From: a virus
Direction: 5' to 3' (one strand)
IMG/VR virus record: IMGVR_UViG_3300046167_000554
Location: 1 to 64,000 of that record
Length of the DNA stretch: 64,000 nt
Part shown: one piece after another, positions 30,886-40,557 of the stretch
How positions within the stretch are numbered: the stretch's first letter is position 1
Layout of the letters: each line of letters begins with the position of its first letter
Program-made: the position numbers and the translations under genes
Notes under the pieces: model-generated
Seen by the model: the letters and a program-made list of their open reading frames with translations, nothing else
Told to the model about the DNA's origin: nothing
Database searches by the model: none

Positions 30886-31969
30886 TAAAGACAAGGTAGA
30901 CTTCACTAAGAACAAAATGTTCTTTGGAGAAGGACTAAACACACAACGATTTGATGAGTTCAAGTATCCGATATTTGATAAACTAACACAAAGACAATTA
31001 TCATTCTTTTGGAGACCCGAAGAGGTATCCTTACAGAAAGATAGAAGTGATTATCAGAATCTATCTGATGCACAAAAACATATCTTTACCTCTAACTTGA
31101 GGTATCAAACTTTACTCGACTCTGTTCAAGGTAGAGCTCCGTCCATAGCATTCTTACCATTCGTGAGTTTGCCTGAACTAGAGTCTTGTATCATCACATG
31201 GGATTTCATGGAAACAATCCATAGTAGAAGTTATACTCATATCATTAAAAACATCTATGCAGACCCAAGTGAAATCTTTGACACCATACTTGATGAAGAA
31301 GCAATTGTTAAACGTGCAGAGATGGTTACAGAGAAGTATGATGAGTTCATTCAGTTAGGTAGACGTAGATTACTAGGTCTTAAAGTAGATGATTACGATT
31401 TATATAAGGCACTATACCTTGCATTGATATCAGTTAACATCTTAGAAGGAATTAGATTCTTCGTATCCTTTGCATGTTCATTTGCATTCGGAGAGTTAAA
31501 ACAGATGGAAGGAAGTGCAAAGATTATATCTCTTATTGCAAGAGACGAAGCACAACACTTAGGTATATCACAACACATGTTGAAGTGTTATAAGAACCAA
31601 GAGAACGACCCAATAATGAACAAGGTCATGAAGGATTGTGAACCCGAAGTATATAAGATGTATGAGGATGCAGTAGACCAAGAGAAAGAATGGGCAGAGT
31701 TCCTATTTAAAGATGGGTCAATGATTGGTCTATCAGTTCCTTTACTGGGTCAATACGTAGAGTTCACTGCAAACAAAAGATTACGTGCATTAGGTCTTAA
31801 CCCATTATACGATATCTCTTCAACCAACAACCCTTTACCATGGACTAAACATTGGTTCAACAGTAGAGGATTACAGAATGCACCACAAGAGACGGAGATT
31901 GAATCCTATCTTATTGGTGGTATTAAACAGGATGTCAAAGAAGACACCTTTGATGGATTTACGTTATGA
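30872..31969 (+). CDS. nrdB: Ribonucleotide reductase beta
   Basis: FFWRPEE, LDSVQGR, ETIHSRSY, LEGIRF, RDEAQH, APQETE. Confidence 0.96.
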   Translation: MTVFNKDKVDFTKNKMFFGEGLNTQRFDEFKYPIFDKLTQRQLSFFWRPEEVSLQKDRSDYQNLSDAQKHIFTSNLRYQTLLDSVQGRAPSIAFLPFVSLPELESCIITWDFMETIHSRSYTHIIKNIYADPSEIFDTILDEEAIVKRAEMVTEKYDEFIQLGRRRLLGLKVDDYDLYKALYLALISVNILEGIRFFVSFACSFAFGELKQMEGSAKIISLIARDEAQHLGISQHMLKCYKNQENDPIMNKVMKDCEPEVYKMYEDAVDQEKEWAEFLFKDGSMIGLSVPLLGQYVEFTANKRLRALGLNPLYDISSTNNPLPWTKHWFNSRGLQNAPQETEIESYLIGGIKQDVKEDTFDGFTL

Positions 31970-32136
31970 TGGATGCAGTAGTATTGATAGGTATTATGTG
32001 GGTTGCACTAGTATCTTTAGTGTCATTCTTCTTTTTTGATGAGGGTACAAAGGGGGTGCAGAGAGACCCTTATTACGGGAAGAAAACAGGAACAATATAT
32101 ACTGCAAAATCATCACGAAGTGACCATCTATTGTGA
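31966..32136 (+). CDS. Small membrane protein
   Basis: 56-aa ORF with hydrophobic N-terminus, overlapping both neighbours. Confidence 0.5.
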   Translation: MMDAVVLIGIMWVALVSLVSFFFFDEGTKGVQRDPYYGKKTGTIYTAKSSRSDHLL

Positions 32137-32777
32137 GTTGGAATGATGACTATGCAGTAGTGTTGATGTCGGGTGGAGTTGAATCCACTGCAACACTTGA
32201 TTGGGCAGTAAAGAAGAAGTATAAGAAACTTATTGCAGTCCATAGTATGTGGACAGACATAGAGATAACAGGGTCACGAGAGTTTAACCCAAACATACAA
32301 AAGATATGTGATTGGTATGATGTACCATTATACATATATAAACAATCTAACCCTTTAGAGGGATTAGATATTGAAGGGATTGATTATGTGCATTCCTCAA
32401 ACCATTGGTTGATTACTGCAATGAATATTGCATCAAGGTATCCAACAATAAAGAACTTCCTTTGGGGAGTCAACAATGGGATAAGGGCAGTTGGAGATAG
32501 TGGTGGAGATTTTCCATTCCTTCCAAGGTCATGGCAGTTCACAATTGCATTTGACCAATATGTGCATAACATGGGTAAGGATGGGGGTCAACGATTATGG
32601 CCACCTTGTTCATTCATGACCAAGTTGCAGATGTGGGAAACGATTCCCGATGAAGTCAAACCACTGGTTCAATCATGTGGAAGACCACTTAAATACGATG
32701 GTGTATCACCATGTGGGGAGTGTTTTAAGTGTAATGAATTTAAGACAATGTTAGATGGTGTAACCCCAAAACCATAA
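32133..32777 (+). CDS. QueC-like PP-loop ATPase (7-cyano-7-deazaguanine synthase-like)
   Basis: LMSGGVEST PP-loop, TKLQMW, SC...CGECFKC Zn site. Confidence 0.75.
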   Translation: MSWNDDYAVVLMSGGVESTATLDWAVKKKYKKLIAVHSMWTDIEITGSREFNPNIQKICDWYDVPLYIYKQSNPLEGLDIEGIDYVHSSNHWLITAMNIASRYPTIKNFLWGVNNGIRAVGDSGGDFPFLPRSWQFTIAFDQYVHNMGKDGGQRLWPPCSFMTKLQMWETIPDEVKPLVQSCGRPLKYDGVSPCGECFKCNEFKTMLDGVTPKP

Positions 32778-32786
32778 GGAGAAATT

Positions 32787-33041
32787 ATGATTGAAATATT
32801 CGGAAAAACACAATGTCCATATTGTGATAAAGCAAAAGCTTTATGTGAGAAGGAAGGACTAGAATACACATACTCACAACTAGACGCTGACTTTACAAGA
32901 GAAGAACTCTTTGAACAGTTTCCAACTGCAAGAACCTTTCCACAAATCAGAGTCAGAGAAACAGAAAATACTTGGACTTACATTGGTGGTTACGACCAAC
33001 TTGCAGAATATGTAAAACACGGAGACGTTTGGGAAGACTGA
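32787..33041 (+). CDS. nrdC: Glutaredoxin
   Basis: CPYC, TFPQI, IGGYDQL. Confidence 0.92.
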   Translation: MIEIFGKTQCPYCDKAKALCEKEGLEYTYSQLDADFTREELFEQFPTARTFPQIRVRETENTWTYIGGYDQLAEYVKHGDVWED

Positions 33042-33286
33042 TGTCTAGTTACCATATATATCTTAACCTCAAACATATGCAAGATGTAAATGACGAGAGG
33101 TTACAACATATTGTCAAAATGGTCGATAAAGAGATTCATGAAGTGAGGGTATATACCAAAGGATTAGACTTCCAAGGTAACCCACATGACAGACCATTAC
33201 CTTATGGTATTATTGATGGTAAACCAAAAACACATGAAAACTTCTTTAAAGAGGTTATAGGGGAGAAAGAGTTAGATGAAGATTAA
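33041..33286 (+). CDS. Hypothetical protein
   Basis: Coupled ORF (TGATG). Confidence 0.55.
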   Translation: MSSYHIYLNLKHMQDVNDERLQHIVKMVDKEIHEVRVYTKGLDFQGNPHDRPLPYGIIDGKPKTHENFFKEVIGEKELDED

Positions 33287-33434
33287 AGTATTTTGTAATG
33301 CATGTAAATCAGAATGTGATGTATTGCATGACATGGATTCACACCAATATGAGATAGACCATTGTCCATTTTGTGGTGCAGACATAACTGAAGATGAAAG
33401 AGAAATTTTAGAGGATGATGAAAGTGAGGAATAG
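33276..33434 (+). CDS. Small Zn-ribbon protein
   Basis: MKIKVFCNAC...HCPFCG plus acidic tail; not in ORF track. Confidence 0.65.
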   Translation: MKIKVFCNACKSECDVLHDMDSHQYEIDHCPFCGADITEDEREILEDDESEE

Positions 33435-33775
33435 TGGAGATATATTGCAAAGACAATAACATGTTGAACAATGCAATTTATCTTGCACAACAACTAGGTA
33501 TTGAAACAGAGAAAGGGGTCGAGTTAACCATAAAAAGACTACCACCCCAATTCGTTCAGAAGGGACTAATCGAGTACCCTAGAATAACATCCAAACAAAA
33601 AATGCATCTAGACATCTTTGTCAAATATGACAAGGAAAGATACATTACACTTGCACATGAAATGGTGCATGTAAGACAGGTAATTAGGGATAAATTCATT
33701 GATGAGAACGAGGCTTATATCCTTGAAAAGACGTTAAAAACACTTGACAATGACCTACTAAAAGTTGTATACTAA
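33434..33775 (+). CDS. HExxH metallopeptidase-like protein
   Basis: TLAHEMVHVRQ...ENEAY. Confidence 0.7.
   Translation: MEIYCKDNNMLNNAIYLAQQLGIETEKGVELTIKRLPPQFVQKGLIEYPRITSKQKMHLDIFVKYDKERYITLAHEMVHVRQVIRDKFIDENEAYILEKTLKTLDNDLLKVVY
33744..33773 (+). promoter_or_regulatory. Early/sigma70 promoter (probably leaderless)
   Basis: TTGACA-18-TATACT, ATG 6 nt downstream. Confidence 0.7.
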
Positions 33776-33779
33776 CAGT

Positions 33780-34280
33780 ATGGAAAATAAAGTAATAAAG
33801 AGAATCTTCGTTGATATGGACGGAGTACTTGCAGATTTCAACACTGGTGTTGAAACATTGACAGGGAGAGAATTCCCTAATACCGACCAAGGTCATAACG
33901 ATTATGACGAAAGGAAGGAAGAGTTAACGAACAAGAGATTGTTCAGAATGTTACCACCTATGCCCGATATGTATGACCTTGTTGGTTATATAAGACATAC
34001 AGGACTTCCTTGGGAAATCCTAACTGCAGCTGGTGTTATCAACAGAGAATTAGTAGTGTTCGATAAGAACGAATGGATTAAGGAACATGTGAGTCCAACA
34101 GTGGTAGTTACATGCACCATGACTGGTAGTCAGAAAGGTATGTTTGCAATCAAAGGAAGTGTTCTTATTGACGACAGACAAAAGAACCTTGATGCATGGA
34201 TAGAACATGGTGGAATAGGTATCCTTCACACGAGTGCAGAAGATACGATTAACCAACTAAAAGTTTTAAGAAACAGTTAA
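33780..34280 (+). CDS. HAD-family 5'(3')-deoxyribonucleotidase
   Basis: FVDMDGVLADF, ILTA, K..W, LIDD motifs. Confidence 0.88.
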   Translation: MENKVIKRIFVDMDGVLADFNTGVETLTGREFPNTDQGHNDYDERKEELTNKRLFRMLPPMPDMYDLVGYIRHTGLPWEILTAAGVINRELVVFDKNEWIKEHVSPTVVVTCTMTGSQKGMFAIKGSVLIDDRQKNLDAWIEHGGIGILHTSAEDTINQLKVLRNS

Positions 34281-34338
34281 TTCTAGACTACTAAATATAA
34301 GACACCATATGGTGTCTTTTCACATATGTGGAGAACTT

Positions 34339-34602
34339 ATGAAATTTGATATAACAAAACTAAAAAACATAGGATGGAGATTTTGGGAATGGTTGAAATC
34401 ACTATTCAAATCTCAATACGAGATAACAGTGTATCGTCAATCAGAAACAGGAACTGGTGCAATGTATAAATCCGAATATGTGTCAAGAAACATCTTGATA
34501 AACAAACCAAAACACTTAAAGTTTAAAGACTACGAGACCAAGAACATGGTAGAGATTCGTAGTGTCAAAGGACTCGAAGTGAAAATAGTAGAGGTAGACT
34601 AA
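34339..34602 (+). CDS. Hypothetical protein
   Basis: GGAG RBS; CTAAATA upstream. Confidence 0.6.
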   Translation: MKFDITKLKNIGWRFWEWLKSLFKSQYEITVYRQSETGTGAMYKSEYVSRNILINKPKHLKFKDYETKNMVEIRSVKGLEVKIVEVD

Positions 34603-34985
34603 TGAACCAATTAACAATGGGTCTTCTAGTTGCACTAGGTCTAGTGACGTTCTTTTTATATAATCAGAACCAAACACTTACTGAAAACAACTTGAAACTA
34701 GAAAATGCAGTTGCAGAACAACAGGCAACAATGGATGCAATGAAAGAATCCTTTGAGAAACAAGGAAAGGCATTACAGAACATGTCAAGGGTAAATGCAG
34801 AGATAGAACAAGAGAAGGCAGAGTATCTACAGATATTTGCAAGACATAATCTTAATGCACTTGCAGTTGCAAAGCCAGGATTGATTACCAAGAGGGTAAA
34901 CAACGGAACAAACAAAGTATTTGAGGGAATAGAAGATGACACTAAGAACATTAGCAATCTTGACACTAGCACTAACGATAAGTAG
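34602..34985 (+). CDS. i-spanin (Rz / PseT.3-like)
   Basis: N-terminal TM, coiled coil, AKPGLITKRVN; overlaps a lipoprotein gene. Confidence 0.8.
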   Translation: MNQLTMGLLVALGLVTFFLYNQNQTLTENNLKLENAVAEQQATMDAMKESFEKQGKALQNMSRVNAEIEQEKAEYLQIFARHNLNALAVAKPGLITKRVNNGTNKVFEGIEDDTKNISNLDTSTNDK

Positions 34986-35445
34986 TTGCAGTATTTTAGG
35001 AACAAAAAAGGTAGAGATTGTATCTAAACCTTTAGACATAGAAATCATTCAACCCGTCCTTCCAAGACCGATTGAAATGACTGCACCAATATGGTATGTA
35101 GTATCTGAAGCAGAAATCACTAACCCTTGTAAGAAGATAATGGTAGATGGTAAAGAGAAGAGACCAAAATCATGTGCATATGAAGATACAGAACATCCCG
35201 ACTGGCCCACTGATTACACTTACCTTGACCAATTCCTTGACGAGATGAAAGAACAGAATGGTGGAGAGGTAGTATTTGTTGCAACAACAATTGGTGACTA
35301 TGAAACCATGAGTATGAATATGCAAGAGGTCAAGAGATATATCAAACAGTTAGGTCAAGTAGTCGTTTACTACAGAGATGTAACAATCAAGACACCCGAA
35401 GGAGACAAGAAAGGTGTCGGAGTTAAAATAGAGACTAAAGACTAA
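34936..35445 (+). CDS. o-spanin lipoprotein (Rz1 / PseT.2-like)
   Basis: Lipobox ISSC, Pro-rich segment, overlap with i-spanin. Confidence 0.78.
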   Translation: MTLRTLAILTLALTISSCSILGTKKVEIVSKPLDIEIIQPVLPRPIEMTAPIWYVVSEAEITNPCKKIMVDGKEKRPKSCAYEDTEHPDWPTDYTYLDQFLDEMKEQNGGEVVFVATTIGDYETMSMNMQEVKRYIKQLGQVVVYYRDVTIKTPEGDKKGVGVKIETKD

Positions 35446-36284
35446 TGAAACCTATTGTAATGAGACCACCACTTGGTGATGAACCTATTGAACCACGTAT
35501 AGAGAAGAATGATTCTCAGATTGAAAATGAGTGGACTGAACCAGTAGTCGATTCTTACAGAGAACCCCATTCAGATTTTAAACCTGCTGAAGGTTCAATC
35601 TTTGATGTGTTCCCTACACCTATGTTCAGAGGTTACATGGATATAGACCATGATAAGGTATCTCAAGATGTTAGGGACATGGTTAGTAAAGTAAAGGAGA
35701 GGAACGGAGACGATGTATTACGGAATTACACTACTTACTTTGATACTGATATACGAGAATCTATGTATCAATTGGATTGGTATACAACATTTGCAAATGT
35801 ACTTAAAGATACGTACATCCAATTTATTCATGGGGAATTCAACAGAAGGGTAAACCACCTAACAAGGAAAGACATTCACCTGTTTACATGGGTGAACAGA
35901 TATGAGGGAGAACATGCACATGATGTTCATAACCATATCAACTCAACAATGAGTGGAACCTATTACCCATTAGTCAATGAACACACATCACCAATCAAAT
36001 TCTATAACCCGAATACCTTACAAGGATATGCAACTACTGATGGTAGTGAACCACAAGAAATGAATGGGATAACTAGAGTGGGTGGTATTGATTTCCATCT
36101 ACAACCAATACTCGGAGAGTTCCTACTATGGCCCTCTTACATGATGCATCAAGTACCCCAGTCGGGTCGCGATGATAGTAAAAATTACGAAAGAATATCA
36201 ATATCATTTAACCTAAGTCACAATGAACCTTTACTGGATACTGAACAGGGTGATGATTTACAATATGGATTTATGCATGACTAA
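35445..36284 (+). CDS. 2OG-Fe(II) oxygenase (TIGR02466-like)
   Basis: WVN..HDVHNH..SGTYY..WPSYMMHQV..RISISFN. Confidence 0.85.
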   Translation: MKPIVMRPPLGDEPIEPRIEKNDSQIENEWTEPVVDSYREPHSDFKPAEGSIFDVFPTPMFRGYMDIDHDKVSQDVRDMVSKVKERNGDDVLRNYTTYFDTDIRESMYQLDWYTTFANVLKDTYIQFIHGEFNRRVNHLTRKDIHLFTWVNRYEGEHAHDVHNHINSTMSGTYYPLVNEHTSPIKFYNPNTLQGYATTDGSEPQEMNGITRVGGIDFHLQPILGEFLLWPSYMMHQVPQSGRDDSKNYERISISFNLSHNEPLLDTEQGDDLQYGFMHD

Positions 36285-36960
36285 AACATTTGCAATAGAA
36301 GAATTATATAAGGTCAGTGGTAAGATAGACCATACCTTTGATGGTTTCTGTATCACTATAGATAATTTCTATGAGAATGCAGAAGACCTCTATGACCATT
36401 TGATGGGTAGACAATATCCTATGTGGAAATACAATAGTGAAAGGAACACACCTAACGGAGTTGAATACAATGATTGTAGAATCGTTGACAAGATAGGACA
36501 CCCAACAAGATTACATGACAATGATATGAAAAGGGTTGAGTCTATATGTCAGAAGTATTTCCATAAAGGACATTACAACTACAATGACCTGTTAGAGTTC
36601 AACTGTTTCCAAACCATTACACAAACCGATACTAAGTTACAACACTACCCACATGTCGACTCTTCCTTTGATACATCTGATGAGTTATCAACACTTAACA
36701 TGTTGGTCTACATGGATAAAGAAGAGGATGGTGGAACTGCAGTTTATGGTGGTAATTGGATTACCAACGATGAACATCAATCACTACTCTATCCAGTAGA
36801 AGACACCTTTGACCTTGAAACTATTATACCACATAAGTTTAATAGATGTGTAATATTTCCAGGCAATAAACTTCATGGTGCATGGATAAATGATTACACT
36901 AAGTATATGGGAGATAAATGGAGATTCACCCAAGTGAAGTTTTTACACCCAACGAGATAA
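36277..36960 (+). CDS. 2OG-Fe(II) oxygenase-like (DUF6445-like)
   Basis: IDNFYEN, PHVD, GGTAVY, FNRCVIFPGNKLHG, RFTQ. Confidence 0.78.
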   Translation: MTKTFAIEELYKVSGKIDHTFDGFCITIDNFYENAEDLYDHLMGRQYPMWKYNSERNTPNGVEYNDCRIVDKIGHPTRLHDNDMKRVESICQKYFHKGHYNYNDLLEFNCFQTITQTDTKLQHYPHVDSSFDTSDELSTLNMLVYMDKEEDGGTAVYGGNWITNDEHQSLLYPVEDTFDLETIIPHKFNRCVIFPGNKLHGAWINDYTKYMGDKWRFTQVKFLHPTR

Positions 36961-36961
36961 C

Positions 36962-37683
36962 ATGAAAAAGATAACAAGAGCATACAACAAGACTACAGAT
37001 GGTCAACATAGTGAAGACGATAGACTAGTCATTGCAAGAAAGACACTAGATGGTGAAGAATTGTTTTGGACGAATCATACATTATTAAGAAAGGGTGTAT
37101 TGACCAAAGATGATTGCAACAAACTGATAACAATAATGTTATCAAAAGAGTTCAGTGAGTTAGATGAATCATCTTTAAAGGGTCATAGTATCGAACCAAT
37201 GGATAAGACACTACTAGATAATAACACTTCATGGAAGTATGCACATCCCGATGGTAAAGACTATATGAACCTCATACCCGATTCATATGAATTCAATGAG
37301 GCAATGGAAATAGTAATGGATACATTACCCGATGATGAACAATACGGATTGGTAAACTTTGCACAAATAATCAAATACAATACAGGAACACTATTCATTG
37401 GCACAAAGACATTGCAGATTCAAATGATTCTGCAACTGTAATATTCACTCTCAATGATAATTTCGAGGGTGGTCAATTCAACCTAGATGGAGACACTTTT
37501 AACATAGGAGAAGGTGATTCAATTGCCTTCAATAACTCAATAGATAGATGGCACAATGTAAGTCCAATAACCAAAGGAGAACGATTCTGTTTTGCAATTT
37601 GGTTTGGGATTTCAGAGGACGACAATAATGAACAATCAGACAGTGAAATGCAGTCAATGTCAGAAGGAACTTCTGATACATGA
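36962..37683 (+). CDS. Prolyl-hydroxylase-like 2OG-Fe(II) oxygenase (frameshift near 37396)
   Basis: IIKY, then in another frame WHKD..LNDNFEGGQF..WHNVSPITKGERF. Confidence 0.8.
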
Positions 37684-37801
37684 GATTAAATATCACACAC
37701 CACAACATGAACAACCTATTTACGTATTCTGCGATGCATATTGCAGTCACGATTGGTACGTAAAGAATAAACCGAGAAAAGATAATGCCGATAAAATTTA
37801 G
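37628..37801 (+). CDS. Small Zn-finger protein
   Basis: CSQC...FCDAYC. Confidence 0.55.
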   Translation: MNNQTVKCSQCQKELLIHEIKYHTPQHEQPIYVFCDAYCSHDWYVKNKPRKDNADKI

Positions 37802-38027
37802 TAAAACCCAAGTAGTAGTTGCAAGAGGAACAGGTAAAAAGACCACAACCAATTATTACATGAAGAACACTTCATTGAAAGAACTCATAGAAACATTTAA
37901 CAAATCACAAGGTGTTAAAGGTAAGGGTAAGTTGAGACAAAAGATTAGTAATGAATTTGCACGTAGAAGAAAGATAGGACAACCTACTGCAGACATAGGA
38001 GTTGCACCAAGTGACTCATTGGTATAA
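37785..38027 (+). CDS. Hypothetical basic protein
   Basis: ORF in operon. Confidence 0.6.
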   Translation: MPIKFSKTQVVVARGTGKKTTTNYYMKNTSLKELIETFNKSQGVKGKGKLRQKISNEFARRRKIGQPTADIGVAPSDSLV

Positions 38028-38661
38028 GAAACCAAGTGACCTAGAAGGTCAAGTGTTAAGTCCATTCGGCCCTCTTATCTATCAAGGTAGAATGAGTCAA
38101 GAGACTGTAGATAAAACCAATCAGTGTATTGATAAAGTCAAGGACGACTTATCACTGGACTTAGTCAGTCAGTTGGCAGGTAGAGTAGAACTTCAAAGAA
38201 GTCTACAAGAGAACATTGACCCAAGTTGCATGGATGAGATAATCGAACATGTAGAATCATTCACTGTTCAGATGGGATTACCAATAACTTCACAAGATTT
38301 TCAGATTCAAGGGTTATGGGCAAACGTTCAACAACGATATGAATACAATCCAATACATTCACATGACGGAATGTTTTCATTCGTATATTACACTAAGAAC
38401 ACTATAACACAAGAACAGGCAACAACAAACAAGTGGGATACAGTTCATGATGACACTGATGGGATGAATAAACCAATCGGTGGAAGTATTGAACTACATT
38501 ATGGAGAACCCCAATGGTGTTCTCAACCTTCATTCTTACATTTCCCACAAGAAGGAGACCTACTGGTATTTCCAGCATGGTTAAGACATTCTGTATACCC
38601 TTTCTATTGTGAAGGTGAGAGAGTAAGTATTGCAGGAAATATTCATCAACGAGAGAGGTAA
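38011..38661 (+). CDS. 2OG-Fe(II) oxygenase (TIGR02466-like)
   Basis: WANVQ..YNPIHSH..FPAWLRHSVYPF..RVSIAGN. Confidence 0.85.
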   Translation: MTHWYKKPSDLEGQVLSPFGPLIYQGRMSQETVDKTNQCIDKVKDDLSLDLVSQLAGRVELQRSLQENIDPSCMDEIIEHVESFTVQMGLPITSQDFQIQGLWANVQQRYEYNPIHSHDGMFSFVYYTKNTITQEQATTNKWDTVHDDTDGMNKPIGGSIELHYGEPQWCSQPSFLHFPQEGDLLVFPAWLRHSVYPFYCEGERVSIAGNIHQRER

Positions 38662-38664
38662 ATT

Positions 38665-38829
38665 ATGAGTTTTTGGAATAAATTTACAGACTGGTTAGGT
38701 TTTGAATGGGTCAGAGCAAGAGACGAGAAAGGTCGTTTCATTGCAGATGATAAATCAACACCCGACATAGACGAGTCTAAAAAGAAAGTCTACAAGTCTA
38801 AGACTACTAAGAAACAGTCTAAGAAATAA
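38665..38829 (+). CDS. Small basic hypothetical protein
   Basis: RARDEKGRFIADDKSTPD motif; GAGG RBS. Confidence 0.6.
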   Translation: MSFWNKFTDWLGFEWVRARDEKGRFIADDKSTPDIDESKKKVYKSKTTKKQSKK

Positions 38830-38838
38830 TTTAAGAGT

Positions 38839-38914
38839 GGGGTTATAGCTCAGTTGGGAGAGCACCTCGTTTGCAACGAGGGGGTCAACAGTTCGAACCT
38901 GTTTAACTCCACCA
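38839..38914 (+). tRNA. tRNA-Ala(TGC)
   Basis: 76-nt cloverleaf, G3:U70 identity pair, loop TT-TGC-AA, encoded CCA. Confidence 0.95.
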
Positions 38915-38930
38915 TTTTTAAAGTGAAACT

Positions 38931-39554
38931 ATGCAAAGAATAAACAATAAGAAGAGTGAACGAGATATAGAAGATGTCGGAGAACACATATGGGTGTTCA
39001 AAAACTTCTTTAGTGAAGACTACATTGACGAACTTCTAGATACATTCAGAATTCATGAAGAGAAAGGATTGACCTTACCACGACATGAATATGATACCCA
39101 AGATATCTCTATGAAGAAGGATGATGCAATCTTTCTTAAACACTTACCTGCTTCTATGTTCAATGTTGGGGGTGTATTAGATATCCTCGAAGGGGACGTA
39201 GTCAGACATATGGAATTTGAATACCCAATTATTAAATCCGTTTATGAAGGGTTATTTGTCAGTGGTGCAAAACTACAAAAGACATTACCAAGTGGTGGGT
39301 ATCATAATTGGCATAGTGAACACAATACAGACCCAACATCAAATAGAACACTACTTGCATGGGGTCTGTTCTTAAATACATTAGAAGAGGATGAAGGTGG
39401 TGAACTGGAATTCTTATATCAATCTAAACGATTACGTCCATTACGTAATCATTTGGTAGTGTGGCCCGCAGGGTTCACACATCTACATAGAGGTAATCCA
39501 CCTCTAAAAGGGGAGAAGTTCTTACTAACTGGATGGTTAGACTGGAACGGATAA
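38931..39554 (+). CDS. 2OG-Fe(II) oxygenase
   Basis: GGYHNWHSE, GGELEFLYQ, PAGFTHLHRGNPP, KFLLTGW. Confidence 0.88.
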   Translation: MQRINNKKSERDIEDVGEHIWVFKNFFSEDYIDELLDTFRIHEEKGLTLPRHEYDTQDISMKKDDAIFLKHLPASMFNVGGVLDILEGDVVRHMEFEYPIIKSVYEGLFVSGAKLQKTLPSGGYHNWHSEHNTDPTSNRTLLAWGLFLNTLEEDEGGELEFLYQSKRLRPLRNHLVVWPAGFTHLHRGNPPLKGEKFLLTGWLDWNG

Positions 39555-39626
39555 TCTAAAAACCCCTTACACGATAAGACATTATCGGGTATAATAAGAT
39601 ATGCAATTAAGCATAAGGAGAAATAT

Positions 39627-40232
39627 ATGAAAAATATATTAATGACATTAATGTTAATGTCAACAACATCTGCATTTGCAGACGTTACAGGACATGTTGG
39701 TTACGAGAGTGACTACATGTGGAGAGGAGTATCACAATCTCAAGGTGCATCTTCATTTAATGCAAGTATCGAACTAGACACCAATGGTTTCTTTGTCGGT
39801 GCAACATATAATGATGTGGACTATTTGGATAATGATGCAACTAGTGAGAAAGACCTATACGTAGGATATAAGTTAGATGTCATGGACAATCTAGATGTAT
39901 CAATAGGTTTAATCCAATATCGTTTTGATGGTGGATTGGATAGAGTAGAAGAGGGATTTGTAAAGGTAGGATATAACAATCTTAACCTTGCATATTTCGT
40001 GGATACTGATTCAGAAGACGACTATGCATTCGTAAGTTATGACCTATGGTTCATTAACGGATTTGATGCAAGTATCGGATATGGATACCATGACGGAAAT
40101 GATGACTTCTCTATATTGAATGTATCAAAAGACATCAATAACTTTACACTAAGTGCAAAAGTTATGTTAGATGAGGCATTCGAGAATCAGACAACTGATT
40201 CTGTATCATTTGGTTTATCTTATAATTTCTAA
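39627..40232 (+). CDS. TorF-family (TIGR02001) putative outer-membrane porin
   Basis: Signal peptide (AFA), SDYMWRGVSQ, EKDLYVGY, C-terminal YNF. Confidence 0.85.
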   Translation: MKNILMTLMLMSTTSAFADVTGHVGYESDYMWRGVSQSQGASSFNASIELDTNGFFVGATYNDVDYLDNDATSEKDLYVGYKLDVMDNLDVSIGLIQYRFDGGLDRVEEGFVKVGYNNLNLAYFVDTDSEDDYAFVSYDLWFINGFDASIGYGYHDGNDDFSILNVSKDINNFTLSAKVMLDEAFENQTTDSVSFGLSYNF

Positions 40233-40250
40233 GATATAAGACCATTCTAA

Positions 40251-40279
40251 GATGGGGTGCATGTCACCCCTTCTTTTTG
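40251..40279 (+). terminator. Rho-independent terminator
   Basis: GGGGTG-catgt-CACCCC followed by TTCTTTTT. Confidence 0.7.
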
Positions 40280-40292
40280 TCTAAATACTATT

Positions 40293-40336
40293 GTGTCACA
40301 TAAATGACACATAACCGAAACAATTATGTCACGAAG
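40293..40336 (+). promoter_or_regulatory. Four 11-bp direct repeats resembling Pho boxes
   Basis: TGTCAC 40294, TGACAC 40305, CGAAAC 40316, TGTCAC 40327. Confidence 0.55.
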
Positions 40337-40396
40337 ACTAAGTAGGGAAACCGAAGTGCAGTTGACAAAACGTTTCAACAACAACAGGAGATATCA

Positions 40397-40510
40397 ATGC
40401 AAGAATATGCATCAATGTCTGCCGAGTACCTTAAGACCCTTGCAGACAAATTTAATATCATGATGAGAGAAGGACACATAGAACATGTGTTAGAAACATT
40501 GAAGTTTTAA
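40397..40510 (+). CDS. 37-aa peptide
   Basis: Strong AGGAG RBS; MQEYASMSAEYLKTLADKFNIMMREGHIEHVLETLKF. Confidence 0.55.
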   Translation: MQEYASMSAEYLKTLADKFNIMMREGHIEHVLETLKF

Positions 40511-40557
40511 TCTAAACCCTCTTGACAATACCCATGTATTAGTAGTATAATTAGTGC

